Positions 11,492 to 24,320 of a DNA stretch of 64,000 nucleotides are shown here, piece after piece. Position numbers and translations under genes: made by a program. Source of the DNA: Macrostomum hystrix (lineage: Eukaryota; Animalia; Platyhelminthes); assembly GCA_950097015.1 (NCBI GenBank), contig CATNEN010000041.1, forward strand, positions 1,178,001 through 1,242,000, given 5' to 3'. Within the stretch, counting starts at the first letter, position 1. Every line of letters starts with the position of its first letter. The notes below the pieces were generated by a model. The model saw only the letters and a program-made list of their open reading frames with translations. It searched no databases and was not told the origin of the DNA.

Positions 11492-14400
11492 TCATATCCC
11501 CGTGCTGTTGCTGAAGTCATCCCGAGCCACCGGCACCCGGTGGGTGTAGGGGATGATGCGGTACACGGGGGCAATCACCAGGATGATGAGCGTGCTGGCG
11601 AAGGTGCACAGCAGGTACACCCAGAACAGCAGCTTGTCTACAAACTGGGCCACCGCACGCCACTCAGCGATCAGCCGGGCCTCCGTGTCGTCGGCCTCGT
11701 GCTTGTCGATGATCTTGCGCAGAGCTTCGACCACCTCGGCGTTTGCCGCTGCCGTCGCCGCTGTCGCACTACTTGACGGACCACCGGCTGGTCGGCGAGT
11801 CGCCGAGGTTGACGAAGCAGACGAAGCCGCAGCGGCAGGTCTCAGCGGCTGATAGGCATTCACAGCGACATGGTTGGAGCGGATGGCCGAAGGCTTGTAT
11901 GCCGTGCCGACATTGTTCTCTTCGTCAGCTGCGGAGTTGGACTGGCCTGATTCGCCTCCCGCATTGAGATTGTGCGACAGGCTGTCAATCGTGAGCTTCA
12001 GACTGAGGTTGCGCAAGAAGGCGGAGGTGCTGCCGAGGTCGGCCAAACCGTGCGAGTTAACTCCTCCGCCGCCTCCGACTGAAGCGGCCAAGCCAGCGAT
12101 GCCGCCGTGAGAGCAGCGGCTGGTCCGGCCGCCTCTGAGTAGCAGCCGACGAAGCCAGTCGGGCAGCGGACGACGACTGGGGCCGCGGTGGTGCAGGTTC
12201 AACACGAACACCGTCATGATGACGGATACGGAGGTCATGGACATCACCACTGTGAGGTAGATGCCTGCAGAATTTGCGGGCAGGGAGATGTGTCTAACAG
12301 CTGGCGTGTCTAACAGCCGGTGTGTCTAACAGCCTGTGTCTAACAGCTGGCGTGTCTAACAGCCGGTGTGTCTAACAGCCTGTGTCTAACAGCCGGTGTG
12401 TCTAACAGCCGCTGTGTCTAACAGCCGCTGTGTCTAACAGCCGGTGTGTCTAACAGCCGCTGTGTCTAACAGCCGCTGTGTCTAACAGCCGCTGTGTCTA
12501 ACAGTTGGTGTGTCTAACAGCGCTGTGTCTAGCAGTTGGTGTGTCTAACAGCCGCTGTGTCTAGCAGTTGGTGTGTCTAACAGCTGTTGTGTCTAACAGC
12601 CTGTGTCTAACAGCTGGTGTGTCTAACAGCCGCTGTGTCTAGCAGTTGGTGTGTCTAACAGCCGCTGTGTCTAGCAGTTGGTGTGTCTAACAGCTGTTGT
12701 GTCTAACAGCCTGTGTCTAACAGCCGCTGTGTCTAACAGTTGGTGTGTCTAACAGCCGCTGTGTCTAGCAGTTGGTGTGTCTAACAGCCGCTGTGTCTAG
12801 CAGTTGGTGTGTCTAACAGCCGCTGTGTCTAGCAGTTGGTGTGTCTAACAGCTGTTGTGTCTAACAGCCTGTGTCTAACAGCTGGTGTGTCTAACAGCTG
12901 TTGTGTCTAACAGTCTGTGTCTAACAGCCGGTGTGTCTAACAGCCGCTGTGTCTAACAGCCGGTGTGTCTAACAGCCCCTGTGTCTAACAGTCGGTGTGT
13001 CTAACAGCCGCTGTTTCTAGCAGTTGGTGTGTCTAACAGCCGCTGTGTCTAGCAGTTGGTGTGTCTAACAGCCGGTGTGTCTAACAGCTGTTGTGTCTAA
13101 CAGTCTGTGTCTAACAGCCGGTGTGTCTAACAGCCGCTGTGTCTAACAGCCGCTGTGTCTAACAGCCGCTGTGTCTAACAGCCGGTGTGTCTAACAGCCC
13201 CTGTGTCTAACAGCTTGTGTGTCTAACAGCCGCTGTGTCTAACAGTCGGTGTGTCTAACAGCCGCTGTGTCTAGCAGTTGGTGTGTCTAAAAGCCGGTGT
13301 GTCTAACAGCCTGTGTCTAACAGTTGGTGTGTCTAACAGCCGGTGTGTCTAACAGCCGCTGTGTCTAACAGCTTGTGTGTCTAACAGCCTGTGTCTAACA
13401 GTTGGTGTGTCTAACAGCCGCTGTGTCTAGCAGTTGGTGTTTCTAACAGCCGCTGTGTCTAACAGTTGGTGTGTCTAACAGCCTGTGTCCAACAGACTGT
13501 GTCTAACAGCCGGTGTGTCTAACAGCCCCTGTGTCTAACAGCTTGTGTGTCTAACAGCCGCTGTGTCTAACAGTCGGTGTGTCTAACAGCCGGTGTGTCT
13601 AACAGCCGCTGTGTCTAACAGCCGGTGTGTCTAACAGCCCCTGTGTCTAACAGTCGGTGTGTCTAACAGCCGCTGTTTCTAGCAGTTGGTGTGTCTAACA
13701 GCCGCTGTGTCTAGCAGTTGGTGTGTCTAACAGCCGGTGTGTCTAACAGCTGTTGTGTCTAACAGTCTGTGTCTAACAGCCGGTGTGTCTAACAGCCGCT
13801 GTGTCTAACAGCCGCTGTGTCTAACAGCCGCTGTGTCTAACAGCCGGTGTGTCTAACAGCCCCTGTGTCTAACAGCTTGTGTGTCTAACAGCCGCTGTGT
13901 CTAACAGTCGGTGTGTCTAACAGCCGCTGTGTCTAGCAGTTGGTGTGTCTAAAAGCCGGTGTGTCTAACAGCCTGTGTCTAACAGTTGGTGTGTCTAACA
14001 GCCGGTGTGTCTAACAGCCGCTGTGTCTAACAGCTTGTGTGTCTAACAGCCTGTGTCTAACAGTTGGTGTGTCTAACAGCCGCTGTGTCTAGCAGTTGGT
14101 GTTTCTAACAGCCGCTGTGTCTAACAGTTGGTGTGTCTAACAGCCTGTGTCCAACAGACTGTGTCTAACAGCAGTGGGTGTCTAACAGCAGTATGTGTCT
14201 AACAGCCTGGGTCTAACAGCAGATTTTTTTATCTAAAAGCATAAAATTTCAGCATAAAATTTGATTCATTCGAGCTGCTGTCTTGTCGTCTCCGAGCTGC
14301 ATCCAGAGAGCCAGGGAATTCTGTAATTTTTCTCTTTTTACTGCACCGAAAAGTGATGACGGAAAGCCTTCTCTCGCCGAGCAGGGAAGCAATTAATATC

Positions 14401-15358
14401 TGGTGCCAGAGATCCCTCTAACTCAGTAGGGGCTGGCGAAAGAAACTCGGGTGGCAAAGGCCTTCCAAGGCTCCACAAAGAGCGGGCTATGCGGTCAAAG
14501 GAAGGCTGAGAAGAGAACAGTTTTCGCAGCGTCAGAGAGAATTCGTTGCCGGAAAACTGTTCGAATATTGCGTGAAGAACTGCTCAGTCTGTGCTCACAA
14601 AACTATTTGGGTCAATTTAGTCCGACGTAAAATATATTGAAATATTAAGGTCAAATTATGCAACAAAACACTGAACTAAGAATTACTGAGTGCACTAATG
14701 CAGGACATTTCCACATATGCACTCGGATCCCAGATCTAAGCTCGAATCCCACACCACCTCAGCTGGAATCCCACACCATCTCATCTCGAATCCCACACCA
14801 TCTCATCTCGAATCCCACATCATCTGGAACGGAGCTCCCGGCTCACTGATGAGTGGCACGGACTCTGAAGTTTCTGGCAGCCGGTCCGCAATGGACAGCA
14901 TGAGCACAGAGAAGGCCAGCAGCACGGTGATCCCCAGGGCAATCTTTTCGCCGGAGTCGGGCGGCAGGCAGAACACCAGCAGGGTCAGGGTGGACATCAT
15001 GATGCACGGGTAGATCACGTGATACATGTAGTACAGCAGGCGCCTGCGGGTTGGCGGGCCGGTGGGTGGCTTGAGTGCGTTCTAGAAAGGGCCGCTTTGA
15101 GCCCATTCACAGTGTAACAATGATACTATCGAGATAATTTTACAAACACACGCACTTCTCAGCTACTGCCTCACAGCCCGCCCCTGGCGTGGCGGCAGGC
15201 AGAATCTAAGGGAGGCACTTGGTGCAGAAAACTAACAGCTCTCCGCTTCACCGGCTGCCAATCAAAGGGGAAGGAAAGGGCTCCAGAGACCCAGGTCTGA
15301 TCCCCGCCTCATTTCTCCCCTGAGCTCAGACTCCAGACCATGCAGAATCGAACTACCG

Positions 15359-15392
<34 letters not shown>

Positions 15393-18300
15393 ATTCCTGT
15401 GCTCTTTCGAGCGCGTGATTCGCTTTCTGCAATCTGAGTAGCTGAGGCAGCTGACACTCGCTCAGCCATCAAGTCTGTGAAGCGCAGCCCGCACAAGCTG
15501 CCAGTCTCTATGCTCGCGCTCTATCGACTGAGCGAGTTCTCAACCAGTGAGACTCGAGCTCACTTACCCAAGTGGCTGTCTAATACTATGAGTCTAATTA
15601 TGTATTGTGACTTAGTCTTTTTAAGTGTAAGTTCTTTTACACTGGAACTCGGACAGTTTCTGACCTTTGTTCAATGCGTCTATGAATATAATCTAGTGAG
15701 CTATTCATGTGCTTGAGCGAGACGCTTAATTCCCAGAGTGCTTCGATTCAACCAGCTGTGAAGTTTGTGGGCGCCAGCGTCAACTGAGGTAGAAATCGGG
15801 CGGCTGTGGACTGAACACAACTGCTACGCAGCATTTGAATGCGCAACGCAGCAACATTTGGCCATGATGACCCAATCTAGCAGTCAATGACCCAATCTAG
15901 CAGTCAATGACCCAATATCGCAGTCTATGGCCCAAACTAGCGGTCTATCACCCAAACTAGCAGTCTATGACCCAATCTAGTACTCTATGACCCAATCAAG
16001 CAGTCTATGACCAAATATACCAATCTATGACCCAATCTAGTAGTTTATGATACAAGTCTATGACCCAATTGAGTCAATTAGTGTGTCGTACCTGCGCAGG
16101 AAAATGTAGAAGGTGATGTCCGGGTAGGGCTCCAAACAGCAGGGGTAGCGAATCACATTGCGAATGGCCTGAAAAGTTTGAGTCAGGGATTGGCTAGTGC
16201 AGTTGACAGTGGTCCAGTCAGCTGATCGTTTTCAAACAAGGAAATCTCGATCTCACCTTTGTGCCCAACAGCTCCCATTCCCCATTGGCGACATAGGCGG
16301 TGATGTCCACATCTGTCTTTAGCAGGTGCAGATTCACCTGTCAGGTGCGAGTCAGTCAGTCAGTCAGTCAGTCAGTCAGTCAGTCAGTCAGTCAGTCAGT
16401 CAGTCAGTCAGTCAGTCAGTCAGTCAGTCAGTCAGTCAGTCAGTCAGTCAGTCAGTCAGTCAGTCAGTCAGTCAGTCAGTCAGTCAGTCAGTCAGTCAGT
16501 CAGTCAGTCACCTGGAATCCATCGTAGGTCCAGGAGCCGAACTTGAGGTCGCACATCTGCTCATCGAACGGGAAGTAGGTGACGTCCACCTTGCAGGAGG
16601 AGCGCAGCTTGGCGGGAATCGGCCAGAACACGGTGCCATTCGAGTCAATCATGGCCAGGGCCGGCATGAGGTTGTCTGTGAAGTCAGCCGCACTGCAAAT
16701 CCGAATGGAAGGCTTAGCAAAATGCGGTATCCAACGGACCAGTGGTCAGCTGATCTCGCAAGGACTCACTTGTTGTACAGCACCAGGTCCGGCTTCCAGA
16801 TCTTGCTGGAGGGCAGCCGGATCTTCTTCTGGTTGGAGAAGTCTGCCGGATCCCAGGTGAGAAATTCGTCGCTCCATTGCTGATGGAAGCGAGGTGGCTT
16901 CTCAGAAAGTGCATCTTGGAGTCTATGGCAATTTAACATGTGATGTACCTGTCCTAGTTCCTACCTGTCCTAGTACCTACCTGTCCTAGTTCCTACCTGT
17001 CCTAGTTCCTACCTGTCCTAGTTCCTACCTGTCCTAGTTCCTACCTGTCCTAGTTCCTACCTGTCCTAGTACCTACCTGTCCTAGTTCCTACCTGTCCTA
17101 GTTCCTACCTGTCCTAGTTCCTACCTGTCCTAGTTCCTACCTGTCCTAGTACCTACCTGTCCTAGTTCCTACCTGTCCTAGTTCCTACCTGTCCTAGTAC
17201 CTACCTGTCCTAGTTCCTACCTGTCCTAGTTCCTACCTGTCCTAGTTCCTACCTGTCCTAGTACCTACCTGTCCTAGTTCCTACCTGTCCTAGTTCCTAC
17301 CTGTCCTAGTACCTACCTGTCCTAGTTCCTACCTGTCCTAGTTCCTACCTGTCCTAGTTCCTACCTGTCCTAGTACCTACCTGTCCTAGTTCCTACCTGT
17401 CCTAGTTCCTACCTGTCCTAGTTCCTACCTGTCCTAGTTCCTACCTGCCCGAACGTCCTAACGGCACATACCTGATCCAGCCAGACATTGGTCACCAGTA
17501 CTTGGTTCTTCTCGTCCATATCGAAGATCTGAGTCAGAGTGATGCCCATCTGAGCTGTCACGGCGTCGCTAGAGTTGAACACTGGCCTGACTGACAGCTC
17601 GTAGCCTTGCAGCAGGTAGTTCATCAGCCGCTGCTCGTCTGGCACAGTCTCCGAGCTGTCATTGCTGCGTCGGCTGCGGGCGCAGTTGCAGCAGCCGCCA
17701 GCCAGGGCTGCGGCTAACCGGTGGAAGGGTGAAGGGGTGTGCCATTGTGCCGCGGTTACTGAAAGCCTCTTTGAGGGTCTCTAAAATTGTGACTTTATTG
17801 TCTAGCTGGTATTGATACCGGGTATTGATTGTCTAGCTGGTATTGATACCGGGTATTGATTGTCTAGCTGGTATTGATACCGGGTATTGATTGTCTAGCT
17901 GGTATTGATACCGGGTATTGATTGTCTAGCTGGTATTGATACCGGGTATTGATTGTCTAGCTGGTATTGATACCGGGTATTGATTGTCTGGCTGGTATTG
18001 ATACCGGGTATTGATTGTCTGGCTGGTATTGATACCGGGTATTGATTGTCTGGCTGGTATTGATACCGGGTATTGATTGTCTGGCTGGTATTGATACCGG
18101 GTATTGATTGTCTAGCTGGGCATTGATACCGGGTATTGATTGGCTAGCTGGTATTGATACCGGGTATTGATTGGCTAGCAGGGCATTGATACTGGGTATT
18201 GATTGTCTAGCTGGGGCATTGATACCGGGTATTGATTGTCTAGCTGGGCATTGATACTGGGTATTGATTGTCTAGCTGGGGCATTGATACCGGGTATTGA

Positions 18301-21300
18301 TTGTCTAGCTGGGCATTGATACTGGGTATTGATTGTCTAGCTGGGGCATTGATACCGGGTATTGATTGTCTAGCTGGGCATTGATACTGGGTATTGATTG
18401 TCTAGCTGGGGCATTGATACCGGGTATTGATTGTCTAGCTGGGGCATTGATACCGAGTATTGATTGTATGACTGTGTCAACACAAATGAAGGCTGGGCAT
18501 AAATTTTCGGCTATATTTTCAAAGAAGTCAAGCCTAAAAGTGCAGGCACGGGTGCACCTGCCGACCGCCCAGAATGCTGGTCTAACAAGCCCTCCTGAGC
18601 TGGAGGATAAGCGGGAGGATTAGGATATTATGCCTCTGTTTGCTGAAAGACAATTAAAAACAGTTTTATTGCATTTTCTACTGGTCCAGGCAATAGGCAG
18701 TTCTGTTAATACTGCTCTTTGTTCGCTGAGTGGAACTCCGTAGAAAAATAAAATAAAAGAATATATTAAAATTGCCATTTCATATTTTCTTTGAGCGGGT
18801 GTTTCAGTAGAGTGACATTTTGGCAGAGCGGGTGTTTCAGTAGAGTGACATTTTGGCAGAGCGGGTGTTTCAGTAGAGTGACATTTTGGCAGAGCGGGTG
18901 TTTCAGTAGAGTGACATTTTCGCAAAGTGGCGTTTCAGTTGATTGACATTTCGGTAGAGTGACATTTCGGTAGAGTGGCAGTTCGGTAGAGTAACAGTTC
19001 GGTAGAGTGACAGTTCGGTAGAGTGACAGTTCGGTAGAGTGACAGTTCGGTAGAGTAACAGTTCGGTAGAGTGACAGTTCGGTAGAGTGGCATTTCGGTA
19101 GAGTGACAGTTCGGTAGAGTGGCAGTTCGGTAGAGTGACATTTCGGTAGAGTGGCAGTTCGGTAGAGTGGCAGTTCGGTAGAGTGACAGTTCGGTAGAGT
19201 GACAGTTCGGTAGAGTGACAGTTCGGTAGAGTGACAGTTCGGTAGAGTGGCAGTTCGGTAGAGTGACAGTTCGGTAGAGTGACAGTTCGGTAGAGTGACA
19301 GTTCGGTAGAGTGACAGTTCGGTAGAGTGACAGTTCGGTAGAGTGACAGTTCGGTAGAGTGACAGTTCGGTAGAGTGACATTTCGGTAGAGTGACAGTTC
19401 GGTAGAGTGACAGTTCGGTAGAGTGACAGTTCGGTAGAGTGACATTTCGGTAGAGTGACAGTTCGGTAGAGTGACAGTTCAGTAGAGTGACAGTTCGGTA
19501 GAGTGACAGTTCGGTAGAGTGACAGTTCGATAGAGTGACAGTTCGGTAGAGTGACAGTTCGGTAGAGTGACATTTCGGTAGAGTGGCAGTGTAGAGCGGC
19601 TGAAGCTCAGAGGCATAATTAAGCTCAGGTCAGAGAACGATTGAACAAATGCGACTCAGCGAGTGGATTCAGTGAGCTGTGCTTCGTGCGTGTGACCTCT
19701 CACTGTAACCTGAATAGATTGAACCAGATGGGCTGAAATCTGCATTAGGCCAGCCCCGCTAGCAGCTAAGCGAGTTTCGCGGAATGGCAAGCGGCGACGA
19801 AACGGGAATGAATTCTGATTCCGACTGGCTGATTGAAAATCATCCGGTAGGAGTTAAAAAGTAATTGAATAAATTAGAAAACCATATTCTAGCAGTCACA
19901 GAGGGGTTTTTAGGCTATTTCCATTCTTTTGCGCTCTGAAATTGTACTTTTGTGAAGTGCTCAAAGGTGAGGCTTAAGCAATTAGTGAGAATTTCGAGCT
20001 ACGGTTGGAAAGTTTTTAACTAAAATATATGTAAGAGAGGGGAAGGGATGGGGAGCAAATAAGCCGAGGGGCGGATTGGGGGAGCGGAAAGATTGGGGTA
20101 GCGGAAGGATTGGGGGGCGGAAAGATTGGGGGAGCGGAAGGATTGGGGGAGCGGAGGAAACAGAGGGCGGAGAGAGCGGAGGGATTGGAATGAGCGGAGG
20201 GATTGGAATGAGCGGAGGGAGCGGAGGGATTGGAATGAGCGGAGGGATTGGAATGAGCGGAGGGAGCGGAGGGATTGGAATGAGCGGAGGGATTCGAATG
20301 AGCGGAGGGAGCGGAGGGATTGGAATGAGCGGAGGGATTGGAATGAGCGGAGGGAGCGGAGGGATTGGAATGAGCGGAGGGATTGGAATGAGCGGAGGGA
20401 GCGGAGGGATTGGAATGAGCGGAGGGATTGGAATGAGCGGAGGGATTGGAATGAGCGGAGGGATTGGAATGAGCGGAGGGATTGGAATGAGCGGAGGGAT
20501 TGGAATGAGCGGAGGGATTGGAATGAGCGGAGGGAGCGGAGGGATTGGAATGAGCGGAGGGAGCGGAGGGATTGGAATGAGCGGAGGGAGCGGAGGGAGC
20601 GGAGGGAGCGGAGGGATTAGAGGGGGCGGAGGGAGTTGAGGGAGCGGAGGGATTGGAATGAGCGGAGGGAGCGGAGGGAGCGGAGGGAGCGGAGGGAGCG
20701 GAGGGAGCGGAGGGAGTGGAATGAGCTCGGAGCGGAGGGAGTGGAGGGATTGGAATGAGCGGAGGGAGCGGAGGGAGCGGAGGGAGCGGAGGGAGCGGAG
20801 GGAGCGGAGGGAGCGGAGGGAGCGGAGGGAGCGGAGGGAGTGGATTCGCGGAGGGAGCGGAGGGAGTGGATTCGCGGAGGGAGCGAGGGAGTGGAGGGAG
20901 CGGAGGGAGCGGTGGGAGTGGATTCGCGGAGGGAGCGGAGGGAGCGGAGGGAGCGGAGGGAGTGGATTCGCGGAGGGAGCGGAGGGAGCGGAGGGAGCGG
21001 AGGGAGCGGAGGGAGCGGAGGGAGCGGAGGGAGCGGAGGGAGCGGAGGGAGCGGAGGGAGCGGAGGGAGCGGAGGGAGCGGAGGGAGCGGAGGGAGCGGA
21101 GGGAGCGGAGGGAGCGGAGGGAGCGGAGGGAGCGGAGGGAGCGGAGGGAGCGGAGGGAGCGGAGGGAGTGGATTCGCGGAGGGAGCGAGGGAGCGGAGGG
21201 AGCGGAGGGAGCGGAGGGAGCGGAGGGAGTGGATTCGCGGAGGGAGCGAGGGAGTGGAGTGAGCGGAGGGAGCGAGGGAGTGGAATGAGCGGAGGGAGTG

Positions 21301-23827
21301 GATTCGCGGAGGGAGCGGAGGGAGCGGAGGGAGCGGAGGGAGCGGAGGGAGCGGAGGGAGCGGAGGGAGCGGAGGGAGTGGATTCGCGGAGGGAGCGGAG
21401 GGAGCGAGGGAGTGGAGGGAGCGAGGGAGTGGAGGGAGCGGAGGGAGCGGAGGGAGCGGAGGGAGTGGAATGAGCGGAGGGAGCGAGGGAGTGGAGGGAG
21501 CGAGGGAGCGGAGGGAGCGGAGGGAGCGGAGGGAGTGGAATGAGCGGAGGGAGTGGATTCGCGGAGGGAGCGGAGGGAGCGGAGGGAGTGGAGTAAATGA
21601 AGAGAGCACAGAAGGATTGTTGGGAAATTAAAATAATACAACCAGAAGCACTTATTCTAAGCGGACAGGGAGAGACACCGGTGTGAAGGATCTGACAGTG
21701 GTGTTTCAGCAGAGTGAGAAGGAAGTAAAAGTTACCAGAGCCGAAGCAGTTCGCCTGCGTGGCTAAAATTGAGTGTTTCAGGTCACGCTGCTCGCTGCTA
21801 GGTAGCTCGCCACACCTTCCACTTTCATTTCCTGCCAGTCGACATTCCCTTCACCCAGCAGGTCTTATGAATAGTTTATAGGGCCGCTGAGACGCGGCAT
21901 TTTGCTTTGTCCAAATTGTGTCGGCTCGAATTTTTTGTTATTTTTCCTGTGTCTGCCAGAATATTTCCAAGCTTTGAGTAGCTTTGTGAGTAGAGTCGAC
22001 CCAAGAATTTGGGGCTTGAAACGCGGGTGGCAGGCCATTTGTCAGGCGAAAGTCTCCGCTGCTCTCGCGTGCCCGTCAATACTTAGACATTCTTTGCCAA
22101 TTGACTGCTGTATTGGAAAAAGGTGACGCTGACTTCCAGTCTCGGCTTGGCGCTCTTTTATGGCGAGGAACTTGACTGATGGACCGATGAAAGATAATTT
22201 ATTTTTATCAATGATGGTCCTATTTTACTACAGGGGGACTTTCATCCTAGATAGAATCTGTAGATGCGAGCTGCTTCACAACTGAAATAAAAAGTCGCCT
22301 CTCGGAGAAATGGACAATCGTTAATAAAATCAAGCCCTTGTAAGTTATTCAGTGACTCCCCAAACTAAAATAGTTCCCCCATCTAGGGAACCCCTTTGGG
22401 GAACCCCTCTGGGGAACCCCTCTGGGGAACCCCTCTGGGGAACCCCTCTGGGGAACCCCTCTGGGGAACCCCCAACCAATCCGACTCAACAAGGAAGGTA
22501 AAGGTAGCGCAGTGGTCACCAGCCAATAAACAGCGAAAGTATTAACCTGGACAGGTTTTGAGAGCAGACAATTCACAGAATGATTGCTAAAATCAATTCA
22601 CGTGACTGCCTTAAGAAGCTATTTAATTGACACTTCGCCTTCTAGCTACAGCACGCCAGAGAGAGGGAATTAGGGCTGAGACTGCTCAAGACAGGAAAAT
22701 TGCTGTTCACTTCAAGCGTTTTGCAAGAAGAAAGCCAAAATCTGCAGCTGCGAATGCTGCCGCTGACAATCAAGGGAGCCAAGGGGGAGCTAATGCCCCC
22801 TTGACGTCTGATCGGCTAAGCCCCGCCGACTCCCGGGCTGCTCACATGCAAACTGAAAATGCCAATAGCCGCAAAGAATGAATGGCAGATCAACTCTGGC
22901 CGTCTTTGTTGATTGTAATTCGCTGCTGTGTATCCAGGCCGATCTGGGCGGAACCTGCACTCTGTCAGGCCCGATAAATATGCAACAATGTGCATGCAAG
23001 TCATATCTGCTGCAATTAATTCTATTCATGGGAGATCCAGCTGAGCAATGTACTCTAGCTGAGCAATGAGCGGACGGCCTAATTTACTTAGGCCCACAGG
23101 ACCACAGTTCCTCACTGCTCCAGGGAATCGCGAAATGCTAAAAAATCTTGGGCGCCGATTCAACTAAAAAGTTGGTCATGCAAGCCAAACAGACTACACC
23201 AGGCAGTCTGCGAGCTGGCACGGCTGCCAACTGGCGAGCGTGTTGCTAGGGAGACGAGTCCGTCCCAGCAAAATCTTGGACAGGATTAGGAGCTTAGACC
23301 AGCTGCGAGACTTATCAATATTTTACTTGCTCAAAATTTTTGAGCTCATTTTTTAGACAGCTTCGTTTTTCTGGCCGAATTCGAGTGGTGTAAATAATTC
23401 CACGGGTGTTCCAAGCCTTTCGCTGTAACCTCAAATCCCAGGTTGTTCACCTTCCTAATATTTTTTGTTTACCAAACTGAGCACCGTTTTATCCCACCTG
23501 GCTGCAGCATCCGACCAACTAGGGGTTGGGGTGGTTGGGGTGAGGCAAAAAGCCTCTGAGAGTCACCAAAAAACTGGCCACAGTGCCGGCGGGAGCGAAC
23601 TCAGGCAGTCAGGATCGGAAAATTCATTTTGGGCAAGCAGCCAGCTGCGGGGCTAATTCCATCCCGCAGCTGAAGAGATCTCTTGATTGCCCCCCCCACA
23701 GCCAGCCAGCTGGTGGAGGGCTTTTGAGCAGACAAGAATCGCACGGGGCCCTGCGTTGACTCAAGGAGTGGAGACGATTTTTTTGGGAGAAATCGAGGCG
23801 TACTTTATATCCTTGATTGGTCTCTTA

Positions 23828-23863
<36 letters not shown>

Positions 23864-23910
23864 TGGGGCGAGCAGTTAGTAAGCAAGGTCCGTGGGAGGC
23901 TCCACTTCAT
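11492..23910 (-). CDS. Nicotinic acetylcholine receptor alpha subunit (alpha7/alpha9-like, cation-selective type), 595 aa; exons 23910-23829, 17758-17472, 16879-16770, 16692-16512, 16337-16257, 16168-16092, 15043-14847, 12264-11492
   Basis: All introns are GT-AG with compatible phases, totalling 1788 nt. Kozak GCCACCATG and a poly-Leu signal peptide. Cys-loop [15 protein letters not shown], loop B WTYDG, loop C YPCCLEPY (vicinal Cys, hence alpha), M2 [17 protein letters not shown]4 [11 protein letters not shown]. Exon 1 is the least certain. Confidence 0.92.
12290..14220. repeat. About 16-bp minisatellite filling most of nAChR intron 7
   Basis: TGTGTCTAACAGCCGC and variants over about 1.9 kb. 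Confidence 0.95.
15866..16070. repeat. Degenerate 20-bp tandem repeat in nAChR intron 6
   Basis: ATGACCCAATCTAGCAGTCW and variants. Confidence 0.85.
16351..16510. repeat. (CAGT)n microsatellite occupying most of nAChR intron 4
   Basis: About 40 perfect tetramers. On the minus strand the donor GTGACTGAC runs directly into the repeat. Confidence 0.97.
16945..17445. repeat. 16-bp minisatellite in nAChR intron 2
   Basis: CTGTCCTAGTTCCTAC, about 31 copies. Confidence 0.95.
17793..18467. repeat. 31-bp minisatellite in nAChR intron 1
   Basis: TATTGATTGTCTAGCTGGTATTGATACCGGG and variants. Confidence 0.95.
18803..19590. repeat. 33-bp repeat grading into a 16-bp minisatellite
   Basis: GAGCGGGTGTTTCAGTAGAGTGACATTTTGGCA about 4 copies, then TTCGGTAGAGTGACAG about 40 copies. 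Both share the GTAGAGTGACA core. Confidence 0.95.
20070..21595. repeat. Purine-rich 9-bp based satellite (GAGCGGAGG) with ATTGGAAT and GTGGATTCGC variants
   Basis: About 1.5 kb that is strongly G/A-biased on the plus strand. Confidence 0.95.
22385..22470. repeat. 13-bp self-complementary tandem repeat
   Basis: GGGGAACCCCTCT, about 6 copies. Confidence 0.9.
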
Positions 23911-24164
23911 GGTGGCTGGCACAATTTCGCTTATTTCGCCTCCAGTGCGACATCCTAGCCCTGAATTTTTAGCTCCCGTTAATAACTGAGAGTAACAGCG
24001 ATAAGACGGTTGGCTGACTGAGGACCAATCAGATGGCAGCATGGAGATTTCTTAGTTTGAGTACTTTTAGAAACAGGTTATGACAGCGCGACTTAACAGA
24101 ATTATAAAACTTAGTTAAAGTTACACAAATTATTAAAGACTGTGTGAATTGAGGCTCTACAATT

Positions 24165-24320
24165 CAGAAAAGATTGTGTGAATGGTGAATCAGCTCAGTG
24201 AAGATTGTGTGAATGGTGAATCAGCTCAGTGAAGATTGTGTGAATGGTGAATCAGATCAGTGAAGATTGTGTGAATAAGGAATCAGATTAGTGAATATTG
24301 TGTGAATGGTGTATCAGCTC
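24165..24320. repeat. 31-bp tandem repeat upstream of nAChR exon 1
   Basis: AAGATTGTGTGAATGGTGAATCAGCTCAGTG, about 5 copies. Confidence 0.88.

Noticed and set aside
17761-17790. Upstream TTTTAG acceptor for nAChR exon 2
   Set aside because: It is phase 0 and incompatible with the phase-1 donor of the signal-peptide exon. The CTTTCAG acceptor ending at 17759 restores the frame.
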